Made by a program: the position numbers and the translations under genes. Below, in pieces: positions 51,330 to 62,319 of a DNA stretch of 64,000 nucleotides (positions are counted from its first letter, which is position 1; the number at the start of each line of letters is the position of its first letter). A model generated the notes under the pieces. It was given only the letters and a program-made list of their open reading frames with translations, ran no database searches and was not told where the DNA came from. Origin of the DNA: Phoronis australis (Eukaryota > Animalia > Phoronida); NCBI GenBank assembly GCA_002633005.1, contig NMRA01000002.1, positions 3,058,228 through 3,122,227 on the forward strand. The letters run 5' to 3'.

Positions 51330-51560
51330 TCTGGGCTGCTAATAGAATTAGTCGTCATGAGGAGTAGTATTTTGTCAGATTACTTTTGTCACGGAACATG
51401 TGCTGTAGATAATGTTCCGTAAACCAAGTTTCTTGGCAACAGTACTGAATGTTTCCTGTGTGCGCTTAACGGAGACCTCACTATAGCCTATCCTATCAAA
51501 ATGTTGGTCACTGTAGTGATTGGTTGGTGAGGTTGGAATGTTGAATTGTGGGATTGTATT
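51330..51560 (-). pseudogene. Decayed LINE APE-endonuclease fragment
   Basis: Minus-strand frame NIQYCCQETWFTE matches the APE IICxQETW motif; stops and frameshifts surround it. Confidence 0.42.
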
Positions 51561-51719
51561 CACTGTTTCCATTCTTAAGCAAAGATTTTTCGCATCGACA
51601 GTAAAAGGTCTTGCCGTCTACGGATCGCGCAGCCCTCATCTTTGCACTGTTGTATGCCCCACGTGACATTTGCGATTGCTTACTCGCGTCATTACCCAGA
51701 GACGGTTAATACCAGTAGC

Positions 51720-52952
51720 ATGGGGAGCGTGGAGCAAAAAGCCACAGTTGGACAACTGTTAATGAGTTTCACACTTGGACATCTGCAAGCTTTACCGATA
51801 GACTGTTTTAATGCCGAGCTGCCAGTATTAGTTCAAAGACTACCAGAATATTGGGATTTGCCAGCTTTCATGGGCATGGAGTATGCCGGTCTCTCCGCAG
51901 CAGTCTCAGCAATTGTTGCAATTCTGATCAAGAAGACGACTGTGATCGACGCCCTCAATAGACACAGGCCAGTGCTGCTGTTAGTTATGGGGTTTCTGAT
52001 GACCATTTTCCTGGTTTTAATGATGGCTCTGTGGGATGTCACTTCAGAAATGTACGGCAAAAAGCACAGTGTGGCTTTCCAACTCATCAGGCTGCTTACT
52101 CTTTCTCCGTCGACGATTATCTATATATTTGGGTTGTCATATGTAGGTACATTTCCTCACAAATGTGTGGCCGCGTTTTCTTTAGGAATGGACAGCTGCG
52201 GTGTCGTTTATGCATGCATAGCCTTTTTGCAGCGTGCAGACGACTTTGATTGCGTCGGAAAAACTGATACCACGGCACAGTATATAAATTTGAGCTCCAC
52301 TAATCAACTTCAAAAGTTTAGACACTGGAATGAAAGTTCAACAGAAGTCGTTTTCAGACCGCCGTTGTTCTCAGTGGTTTCTTATTTTGGCATTGTAACG
52401 GCTTCATGTCTGTGCTGTTGCGTTTCTCTTCTCAGTCACATGATTTTTCTCCGTCAGTGGCCAGGAAATGTAACCTGCAATGGTGGAGATTCTAAACAAA
52501 TGGAAGAAGACATCGAACTGTTAATTGATCAAGATGATATCGAAGAGTTGGACTATGAGATGTGCGAAAGAGAAACACTGGAATCATTAAAGCAACCTCC
52601 GGAAGCATCCGATCAAAAAGAGAACATTACTAACACGTCATCAGTTGGTGTTTTAATGTGTACTTATATCTTTTTGCTACGAGGGGTCCGCTATGGTGTA
52701 AATAACCCACTAATGACGTATGCAACATTGCCTTATGGCTCCCTGGCTTTCAGCCTGTCTCAACGACTTTCATCTGCCGCAGAACCTGCTGGAAGTCTTG
52801 CGTACACAATTTTCCCAGTTCACTCAATACGAACAATTTCTCTTTTAGTGGTTATGTTCTTGGCGCTCTCTCTATACATATGTGTGGTATCGGTAATGAG
52901 CCCTTTCCCACCTCTTGTGTCGACGTATCCTATAATCGGCAGTGTCTTAGTG
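51720..52952 (+). CDS. SLC52-family (riboflavin transporter/GPR172-like) membrane protein, coding exon 1
   Basis: Multi-TM hydrophobic ORF with SLC52-type motifs ELPVLVQRLPEYWDLP, PPLFSVVSYF, TYATLPYG and MSPFPPL, plus an acidic central loop. The ATG at 51720 aligns with the usual family N-terminus. Donor GTG|GTGAGT at 52953, phase 0. Confidence 0.82.
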
Positions 52953-55299
52953 GTGAGTAAGCCTACTTTTCGTACAATCAAATAGTTTTTTTAGTGCAAC
53001 CAGCGCCGGATTGTTCGTTAAAGTACAAATTTCGTGGCTAATGCTAATTAAATATGGATTTCCTGGCACGGCTGAGCAATACCTACCACAAGTGAGCCTA
53101 ATCGTCATTTGCAATTCGTTCTCAAACCCCTCCCCCCGCGGTGCTTTGACGTCATAAGCAGTGTACCGGCATGTGATTGGAGAATTCTTCTCTGTTTTCA
53201 TTGTTCGTATGGTTGTCCATAATTATTGTTTATTTCTACAAGCATTTTTTGTCGATCAAACGAAAGCTTAGGCATATGTCTAGGTTTTCTCTCACCTTTG
53301 TACTTGTTCGACTTGTCACTCAGTCCTGTCGAACGACATGCTCAGGCCCAAGTCTCGCCGATTATGCAGACGCCGGTACAACCGGATCAAGCGAACACGG
53401 ATCACCGGTACTCGTACTCGCTCCAATTCATTGTCGTCAACTTCGTTTTCTTAGCGTTTGTCACTTGTCAGACAAATCATACTGTTCACTTTGAAAGCGC
53501 TCCTCGTAAAAATAGTTCATTTCATCCATTCTTGGCGAAAATCATGATTAACTGATAAACATTGTTTATGTCGTCAAGTGCTTAATTGGGGGAATGTGAT
53601 ACGAAAAAGAAAAATGGAAAATGGCGGACTATGAACGATTTTTAGCCTTGTCAGTGTCGTGACAGTTAATATTTCGTTTCTGCAGTAATGTAAATAGCCG
53701 CGTGTTGGAAGCACATACATGTACAATGCCCACACCCTGATCTGTCCGATTTAAACGGTGTGTTATTCATACTGTTTGAATACAGGACATCAACCTAAAC
53801 ACAAGTCAGCGACAGTAGAAAAATGCACTTCGAAAAGGCACAACAACAATTTTCTGATTCACATTTCTTGAACATGATGTAGTCACCGATTTGTATGTAC
53901 AACACACCACACACTATATCCGCCTTTACATGCCAGTTTATTTACGTAAAGCGCTACCTGTTAAGAATTCGACTAGCCAATCAGAAACGCCGGGGTAAAA
54001 AAATCCCCTAGGAAAATTAAATGATACCTGCGTGTTCTCTACCACGTAGTGGGCACACAGGGAACCAGCGAGCACACCGATATGGCTGGAAAATGTCATT
54101 TCACATATGCCGGGTAAGTCGTCTGTTTGGCCTTTACCGGTTATCGAATCCAAAACAGGCGATCTTAGATATTACATTGTTTAGTTAGAGACATCAGATT
54201 TTGAAAAATATCAACGAAAGTTGTTCCTTAACAGTTTAAAATGATAATAGATCACATTTTGTTCATTTAGACCCAAAGTCCAATCTTAAGCCTATTCTGT
54301 AGCAGGCTAACTTTTGGTCTTAGCTTAGATTGATTTCGGTCTGAAATTTGCCACTTATAGATCTCATGAAACGGGACTAAGTTAAAAAGGAAAAGTTTCT
54401 TGAAGCGGGCTCTTGGATTTGTAATTTAAGCTTAATAAGCTACAGCATAGGGTGTGCTGCACAAAATAGGGGCCCTATGGGGGTGGGGCTAGATCGGATA
54501 TTATAGCGACTGGAGGGAGGACTCCGTAGTGACCTGGGCGGTAGGTGCATGAAAACCAAGAGGAGGTGAATGAAAAATTTATGACTACCGGTTCGCAGCT
54601 CAGCCCAAATTACAAGGACGTCTTGGCTTAAATCTGCAACACGGAAATGTTTCCAGTGTACTTTTTGGTCGAAAACAAATTTACAGATATAACTGTTAAA
54701 TTTACACTTTCCGAGAGTTTGTAATTAATGTATTATAGTCGGGGACGCACTGGCCGACACGTTTAGTTTACTTCAAACACATAAACCCATTTAGCTTCAT
54801 AATTTAGGTTCGTGCAGGTGTTTAATAGAACACATTGAATAATTAATCAGCCCGCAGGCCCCAAAGGACCCGTTTACGTAAACTGACGCTAATGTGGATT
54901 ATTTTACTGAAATCTGCTTCTGACACCTTCTACTGTTTCATGGATTGTCGTTTTTGCTGAAGTGTTTTTGAGCGAACTCACGATATGTCGTCTATTTCCG
55001 CGACATGTTCTTTGACAGATCTAGGTGAGCCGACTCGTGGATGAGAAGGTCTCGCCACCTAGTGATGCATAAGTACATTCTGAAATTTTGACGCCATTAA
55101 GCACTCCAATTTGCTTATAAATAAAGAATTTAAAAATGACTTTTGGCTGACATTGACAATTGGTATAGCCAATGACAAGCAATTCTACAAGCGAGTTCAG
55201 AGTTTTTTTGTTAGCAGAAATAGGAACTTGTCTTGAGCGAAAATAACCGCAATTTGGGAACATTCGTGGTAGTATATGTTTTTTGTTTGTTTCATGTTG

Positions 55300-55950
55300 A
55301 GGTGGCGCCCCCTGAAGTACTTTAGCTAGGTTGTAATCTTCACAATATTCACCTAAACAAGGACCGCAGTTAGATTATTTTGATGTTTCACTCATGTTTC
55401 CAAGGTTACTGACTTCGATGGAGCTAGTTTACAGGCTATTAAATCATGAAATTGCATAATTTATGCAAATTAAGATCACCATTATTTAGAAATCTACTTG
55501 TGCTTGTACTCGTGGTGCCAAGCACCACATGTAAATTTGTTTAATATTTGCAACCATGTTTCTATGGTTAGTTAATTTATCGAGATCAGTTTGTACACTG
55601 TTGCAGGATAAATTTGCATAAGTTATGCAAATAATTGCCACCATTATTCAAAGTTGTGTCTGTGCTCGCAACTTCTATGAGGTAGTTTATATAGATCGTT
55701 TTGCTATTTGCACACATGATTTTCTTGTCAGTGAAATGAGTTCGCATGTCCTTACAGCATAAACTTGCATAATTTACAATTCCTGCAAACAAATGTGCAC
55801 ACTATTTACTTAAACTTAGAATGATCCCTCTAACATACACAGTTCATTACTATGTGTGCACGTGAATAAAAAGTTGCAATTAACTACAAAGTATCCACGA
55901 GTCGAATAATCCAATCTACTTTTTCCACAAAAGGATGGTGCTCAGCTAAT
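55300..55950. repeat. Diverged ~160-bp tandem units with TTGCATAA.TTATGCAAAT, possibly Helentron/HINE-associated
   Basis: Related blocks at ~55450, ~55612 and ~55763. Confidence 0.45.
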
Positions 55951-56733
55951 TATAAGTCATTAAGGAGTGTGAACACTATCAATGTAAGCGCCCCAATGGC
56001 GGTCTTAATTTACTGATAAAAAATCCTTTAAAGTTGTCAAGATTACAACCCTAAAACGCTTCAGGGGGGCACTTGGTTATGGAACAACCAAAAACCTTAT
56101 GCTGCCTGATATTTATACATGTAGGTAACTAGACTGGACTACCGGGGGCAAAAATTGCGGTCCTCTAAATTCCAGCTACGATCCCCTGAACCTCATTTTC
56201 GGGCCAGCAGACTCCAAACACGCAATACAAATCCCCAGACCCGCGTCCCTAAACTCCAGCAGTGCTAGATTCCTAAATCCTGGCCAGGAATTTGGTCGTC
56301 AGAATTCATATTAATTTGGAGTTTGGTCACCGGACACGTAACATTTTCGGGGTTTGGGGTCACGGATTTAAGGACTTGTACCGCCGGTTTGGGGCGAGGT
56401 TTTAGACGTTTGTACCTCGAGTTTAATGTCTGCTCATCCGAGACTAGTAGGATTTAAAAATGGTCACTGGAATTTGGACGCGCTTACATCCGTTTACGTT
56501 ATATTTTAACCTTACATTTACTGAGTTAAATACTAAGGTTATTGACATGAGTTTTGAGCATTTAACCAAATAGCTGCTTACCTATTTGATTTCAACTGGT
56601 AAAAGCATATATTTAGTGAAGGTAGAAAGCTCGTAAAATTTGGTTTTTGACATTTTATTTGTTTATAATCAATTGGGTCAATAAAATTTAACCAAAAAGA
56701 AAAGTGCATCGGGAGAAAAACAACGATATCAAG

Positions 56734-57560
56734 TCTAATAATTACCTCCAGGACGAACACGCCATTAAGAAAATCATAAGGGACAACGTTAAAGTTTGTA
56801 AGCCTGATGATTACCTTGATGTTATTATTTATTATCGGAATAGGAAGTCCTCCAACTTGGTCATGAAAAATAACATTTCTAAAGCGAAAGTCCGCCCCGT
56901 TGCACAGTGTAGTGTTGTTTATGAATTTGTATGCCCTATGAATGAATGTCTTCGTTCAAACGTCAAACAATGTTACATTGGTCAAACGGTTTGCAGTCTT
57001 TCCCGTCGGTTATCCATGCATCTTCAAAATGGCGCCATTCAAGATCATTTTCTGCAATACCACGCACGTAAAATCACCCGTCAAGAAATTGTGGAAAACA
57101 CGTCAATTCGCTACGTGGAGCAAGATGTGCTGCGTTTGAAAGTATTAGAGTCCCTTTTAATTGCTTTTGAGAAGCCTATTTTGAATGAGCAGCAAACAGG
57201 GTCGCGCCGCACGTTACACTTGTTTGCGTGACTTTCCTGTTACCCTAATTCTTTAGTCATTCTTTGCAGTATTTCACACCCGCCGTGTCTCACTGTGTGT
57301 GTCGTCAGCTTATACTCTGTGGTGGCATTACTGCGTCATTTTATCTTCACTTGAGAATGAAACAAGTATGTTTCGAAATATCGTGTGTCTTTTTAATTAT
57401 GTCGCTAGGTCAGTTACTGTATCTATGTTCAGTAGAGAGTAGAGTTTTGTTCAGAAAGTATGAACGCAACGGAATAAAGACCGTGAAAAATGAAAAGTGT
57501 CGTGTATTCAACAAATTCTGTATAACAGAAAACTTGCTCCCGAAGTACAGTCATATCAAG
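56734..57560 (+). mobile_element. 5'-truncated Penelope-like retroelement (Naiad-type): GIY-YIG C-terminus, pLTR with hammerhead, ORF-start tail
   Basis: ORF to 57231 with IIYYRNRK..NLVMKNN, VVYEFVCP..C..YIGQT..LSRRLSMH..H..H, LKVLESLLI..EKPILNEQ. A hammerhead follows, then a restart of a PLE N-terminus at 57399 (MSLGQLL..RKYE..FNKFCITENLLPKY). Flanked by the direct repeat ATATCAAG (56726-56733, 57553-57560). Confidence 0.85.
57348..57385 (+). ncRNA. Minimal type I hammerhead ribozyme (variant core) in the Penelope pLTR
   Basis: CAC-TTGAGAA-T-GAAAC(aagtat)GTTTC-GAAA-TA-TC-GTG: stem I CAC/GTG, core with U3-A8 in place of C3-G8, 5-bp stem II, GAAA, palindromic stem III. Predicted cleavage after C57382. 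Confidence 0.7.
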
Positions 57561-59904
57561 AACACGATAAAATTTTATTTGATACAGATAATCAAGGTGA
57601 AATATGAAATAACTGTTACACTTTTCGAAAATATCGTTTCATTTTCATTTTATGCAACTTGAAAGTTTTTCATAAAACTCCTATAAGTCCTATTTTGATA
57701 GCCCCTCATGCAAAAATGGAACATTTAACAGCAATTCCTAAAAGCATTTTGGTGCTGATTAAGCATAGCCGCTCCTGAAAATTTCCGATATGATGTTCCG
57801 AAGTTAGTCAAATTTGGACATTTTCTTAGGGTCCTACATAACCTTAAACCACGTGTCATCTACATCTACGTCTTCTTTTATCAAAAACACTGACCGTTTG
57901 CTCGATTCACCAGTAAAACACGAGTACTTCCGACATATCAATGCATCTAAATTCCCGTCATTTGGGGTGCGGGAAAATAACACTACCATCGTCTTCTGTT
58001 GTCTTATAAACATTCGTTGCTAACTAAAGCAAAGGGATGTTTTTTTCAACAAAATTTGAGTCTCGCAGCACTTGCGATTAACGATTTACGGAGAGCGAAC
58101 GAGGAAACGTGCTTGCGATATATAAAGGCAATGTCATCGACCTCACCATCAGCTGAACATACAGTGTTAATTCCGTAATAAAATCAGCATAAACAAGCCC
58201 AATGTGAAATGAAATCGCCTTCAAAGCGTTTAGCAAATGTTTTCTTCTCTTTACTTGTGTCTGAGTGAATTAAACTAACAATCGAATGTGTGAAAGATAT
58301 GTGGGTGGCTGCACACGTGACTTACGGACACGTGACCTCGCCGAAAACCCTAAACTTATATATTCTTATTCCCAACACAAGAAAACCTGGTGGCCAACAA
58401 CAAAACTTAAAGCTTTCCGGTCGCCTGAAGACAGTTTTCCTCCGATCGTCAGTTCTGCTATGGCCGGTGTACCAGCGCATCTAATCGTGTCACACCAGTC
58501 GTCACATGCAGTACAAAACACGCCATACTAGTAAAAAACACGGTACCTGGAATCGTGGATGTACCACTGTGTGTAATAGCATGGGCGGGGCACCATAGAG
58601 GGCTGGGGGCCGGGGGGNGCGGTGTACCACAGAGGGACTGGGGGGCTATATCCCTCCGTGAGGCCACAGGTCCAGTGAAGTTTCTTCGGTATCGCACCAG
58701 CTTGCATATTTAGGAATGATTTATTTATTTATTATTTGGAAATCATTATTTATCAGCGAACGTCGTTTAGTTCTCCTTCCAACTACCCGAGGACACCATC
58801 GTGCGAGTGCGAATTACACTAAACGAAGTGCATGACGTGGTCAGACCAAATTTGCAGTCAAAGGTCAATGGTTCTATTGTATTGGCTGTAGTGACTATTC
58901 TGAGACATTTGATGACACTCGACATTTTTTGCTAAATTTGGACTTGAGAAAAACCAGGTCTTGGCATCTACAACAGTCTGTTCAACAGTCTGTTCTACAG
59001 GGTATACTAAAGCAGGCCTACTGCAAGGACAGTTTACTGGGCCAAAGACTTCAAAATCCTTGCACAAAGTCTACTGCAACTGATTCTTCCACAGTGGATT
59101 TTCGCGGATCTTTTATGACGAGCAGGTGTGTAGCCGGCTTTTTAAAAATTGACAAAAATACACCAAATCGGCGGTTTTCGCCCCAAAGCCATCATTCGGC
59201 GCATTACGATCACTACGAACAGTGCATTCAGATTCAGAATTCTACAGATCACAGAAATCAAGTGAAAAGTGAAGTGGGTATCTACCAGTTAGATTTTTTA
59301 CAAGCTCAAAGTGTCAGAAAGATATCTGAATTTCCTGCTACATTTCAATTTCCCGGAGCTTGTAAGCAGTAAAGGTTCAACTGAAGCCACGACTGTGCAA
59401 AGTGTGTCAAGGGGTCAACAACTGGTAACCTTTCACTCAAAACAGGCTCATTCGAGGATCATATGCATCACAAAATTTAAAATGCCTAGCCAACCCAGCA
59501 GGTGCCATATTTTAAGGAAAATTGGGGAGCTAAATTCAACTGTGGTCAAAAAATATTGAGTACCACCAGGAAGAGATTCCTGGTACCACTTATAGTCTTA
59601 CTGAGAACAGGATGTAAGCAGCACGCGTGCCAACAGTTTTGAAGAATTTGCTAGTGTAGACTGGTTGCCGAATTCACCAAAATGTCCCCAGAGTTTGTCA
59701 GTGTGAACCGGGCTTTAAACTTGAGCTCCAAAATTGCCGAATTGCCACTACACGTACTTTGAGAACCGTTAAGGATTAACATCCTTTTTGTCTTTGTACT
59801 CTGGACACGGTGATCAAAAAATCTTACGCCTGGCAGTCTGACCCACACCCGTCTGCGAGTTTCTCGCGCTTATTATCGAAAGTCGACGATGAATGAACCA
59901 GTAT

Positions 59905-60219
59905 AGACCCTATTCACGCCGACAGGAGGCGCGTTCCAAAACGAGGCTCGCTACGATAGCTCTGTTAGCTTATCGGCATAGGAGTCTGTGTTTTAGTCCG
60001 TGTTGTTCCTCGAACGGCTAGAAAAAATACGGACACGCTTCACAATCTCTAAAGACGTTTAAATTCGGAAGCGTTGGGTCGTTGCCATACGCCGACGAAG
60101 CAAAATATGTCCGTGTAAAATAAATGTTTTCGAAAAGTTAGATCATATTTTGTCGCGTCTCGGTCAGTTGTCAAGCATCATAGTAACGACCGGAGAATGG
60201 GTCAGCCAGGTTGTATTTT
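59905..60219 (+). mobile_element. Dispersed repeat copy 2 with THAP-like segment, runs into assembly gap
   Basis: Shares aggcgcgttccaaaacgagg..gctacgatagctctgttagcttatcggcatag..ttcggaagcgttgggtcgttg with 49762-50070. Begins AT|AGACCC. Confidence 0.6.
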
Positions 60220-61095
60220 NNNNNNNNNNNNNNNNNNNNNNNNNNNNNNNNNNNNNNNNNNNNNNNNNNNNNNNNNNNNNNNNNNNNNNNNNNNNNNNNN
60301 NNNNNNNNNNNNNNNNNNNNNNNNNNNNNNNNNNNNNNNNNNNNNNNNNNNNNNNNNNNNNNNNNNNNNNNNNNNNNNNNNNNNNNNNNNNNNNNNNNNN
60401 NNNNNNNNNNNNNNNNNNNNNNNNNNNNNNNNNNNNNNNNNNNNNNNNNNNNNNNNNNNNNNNNNNNNNNNNNNNNNNNNNNNNNNNNNNNNNNNNNNNN
60501 NNNNNNNNNNNNNNNNNNNNNNNNNNNNNNNNNNNNNNNNNNNNNNNNNNNNNNNNNNNNNNNNNNNNNNNNNNNNNNNNNNNNNNNNNNNNNNNNNNNN
60601 NNNNNNNNNNNNNNNNNNNNNNNNNNNNNNNNNNNNNNNNNNNNNNNNNNNNNNNNNNNNNNNNNNNNNNNNNNNNNNNNNNNNNNNNNNNNNNNNNNNN
60701 NNNNNNNNNNNNNNNNNNNNNNNNNNNNNNNNNNNNNNNNNNNNNNNNNNNNNNNNNNNNNNNNNNNNNNNNNNNNNNNNNNNNNNNNNNNNNNNNNNNN
60801 NNNNNNNNNNNNNNNNNNNNNNNNNNNNNNNNNNNNNNNNNNNNNNNNNNNNNNNNNNNNNNNNNNNNNNNNNNNNNNNNNNNNNNNNNNNNNNNNNNNN
60901 NNNNNNNNNNNNNNNNNNNNNNNNNNNNNNNNNNNNNNNNNNNNNNNNNNNNNNNNNNNNNNNNNNNNNNNNNNNNNNNNNNNNNNNNNNNNNNNNNNNN
61001 NNNNNNNNNNNNNNNNNNNNNNNNNNNNNNNNNNNNNNNNNNNNNNNNNNNNNNNNNNNNNNNNNNNNNNNNNNNNNNNNNNNNNNNNNNNNNNN

Positions 61096-61702
61096 GCAGA
61101 ATGGTGAATGTTGGCCAATTCCCCTTTTGTCCACTGACGTCACAAGCATACTGGCGCCCCCAGTGGAGGCCCTGAGAACTCGTAAATAAACCGAGTTCAT
61201 GAACCCGGTAGTATCCAGCCTAGGCAAAGGCCGAGCCAAGCTGGCGAACAGACTTGTATTTATTGTGGGATGTTGAGTATCGTTTTTTTAAAAACATAAT
61301 GCATAGTATATAATAATGAATGGTATATAGTATCAATTAATTATGATTGAAAGATTCCTTTTTAATCGAGCGTAAACGAGGCTATTTCGCGTGGGGATAA
61401 AACTTTGGCTTTGCCGTGTGTAACACAGAAGAACATTTGGATGGTGTTACAGGATCGTGAGAATGAATATTCCAATTTTTTTAATTCATTGGAACAATAT
61501 TAATTTTCTGAGAGGTATGACATGCAACATTATTCAAAAAACACACTAAAACATAGTGACTCTGGAAAAATCATAAAAAATACTTTAAACCACAGTCGCC
61601 AGCATGCTTGTTTACGAGTTCTCAAGGCCTCCACTGGGGGCGCCAGTATGCTTGTGACGTCAGTGGACAAAAGGGGAATTGGCCAACATTCACCATTCTG
61701 CT
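61096..61702. repeat. Pair of ~90-bp near-identical inverted copies (61096-61186 and ~61611-61702)
   Basis: gcagaatggtgaatgttggccaattcccc..gagaactcgtaaa and its reverse complement; the first copy abuts the gap. Confidence 0.88.
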
Positions 61703-62121
61703 GGCGTGCGTGTGTAGACGCGAGAAACTCGCAAAAACGCAAGATCGCGAAGACTTCACGAAATATGGGCAAGTATTTCAAGCAAATCACGTGATCACTC
61801 TATCTTGCTCAGTGACATTCTTGCGTCTGCAGGAAAATCTGATCCACGATTATGGTTAGAAAACGACACTTGACTTTGGGGGCTTTCCTCCCCAGATCCA
61901 AGCCGATTCGATTTGGTGCAGACCCTAAACATGTGAAAATTTCTTTTCAATTTGAATTTTATCCGTATTATCCGACAAACGCGTGTGAACCATATTTACT
62001 TTATTTGCGCCCATTTTTTATTTGCTTTTTATTGCATTCAGTCCACTCGGCTCCCCTTTGTGTGCATTGCGAATATTTTCATCATATGATCAATAATTTT
62101 GGAACTTTTGTTACCTTTCAG

Positions 62122-62319
62122 GTATCCTCATACATATCCATGGTGTTTATTGCAACGTACACGCGATCAGCCGCGGCGACTGTTGCCGCCGGAATAGGAC
62201 AAGAATTTTTAAAGAGCTACGTCTTGGTGCGAGAAGTTTCCTCTGTAGTGTTCATGTTACCAACATATATTTGCATCTATGTGTTAAAACTGTTGACTGA
62301 AATACCCCAGTGTTCATAA
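62122..62319 (+). CDS. SLC52-family protein, terminal coding exon (last two TM segments)
   Basis: Acceptor ttttgttacctttcag ends at 62121, phase 0. Reads VSSYISMVFIATYTRSAAATVAAG...TYICIYVLKLLTEIPQCS*, matching the size and pattern of the SLC52 final exon (YxK/R, VxVLxL, terminal Cys). Joined product 476 aa; intron 9169 bp. Confidence 0.72.
   Translation, partial: VSSYISMVFIATYTRSAAATVAAGIGQEFLKSYVLVREVSSVVFMLPTYICIYVLKLLTEIPQCS

Larger units (their letters stand above)
56537..57843. mobile_element. Possible non-autonomous TTAA-targeting (Kolobok-like) element hosting the Penelope insertion
   Basis: Short inverted ends ctaa|GGTTAT ... ATAACC|ttaa; AT-rich non-coding interior on both sides of the PLE. 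Confidence 0.3.

Noticed and set aside
57229-57354. UGA stop of the Penelope ORF as selenocysteine (some Naiad elements encode selenoproteins)
   Set aside because: The UGA falls at the natural C-terminus, all Cys positions in the fragment are ordinary Cys codons, and no convincing SECIS fold was seen.
60150-61239. Long ORFs across N runs (also those spanning 17709-17904)
   Set aside because: Their length is an artefact of translating assembly gaps.
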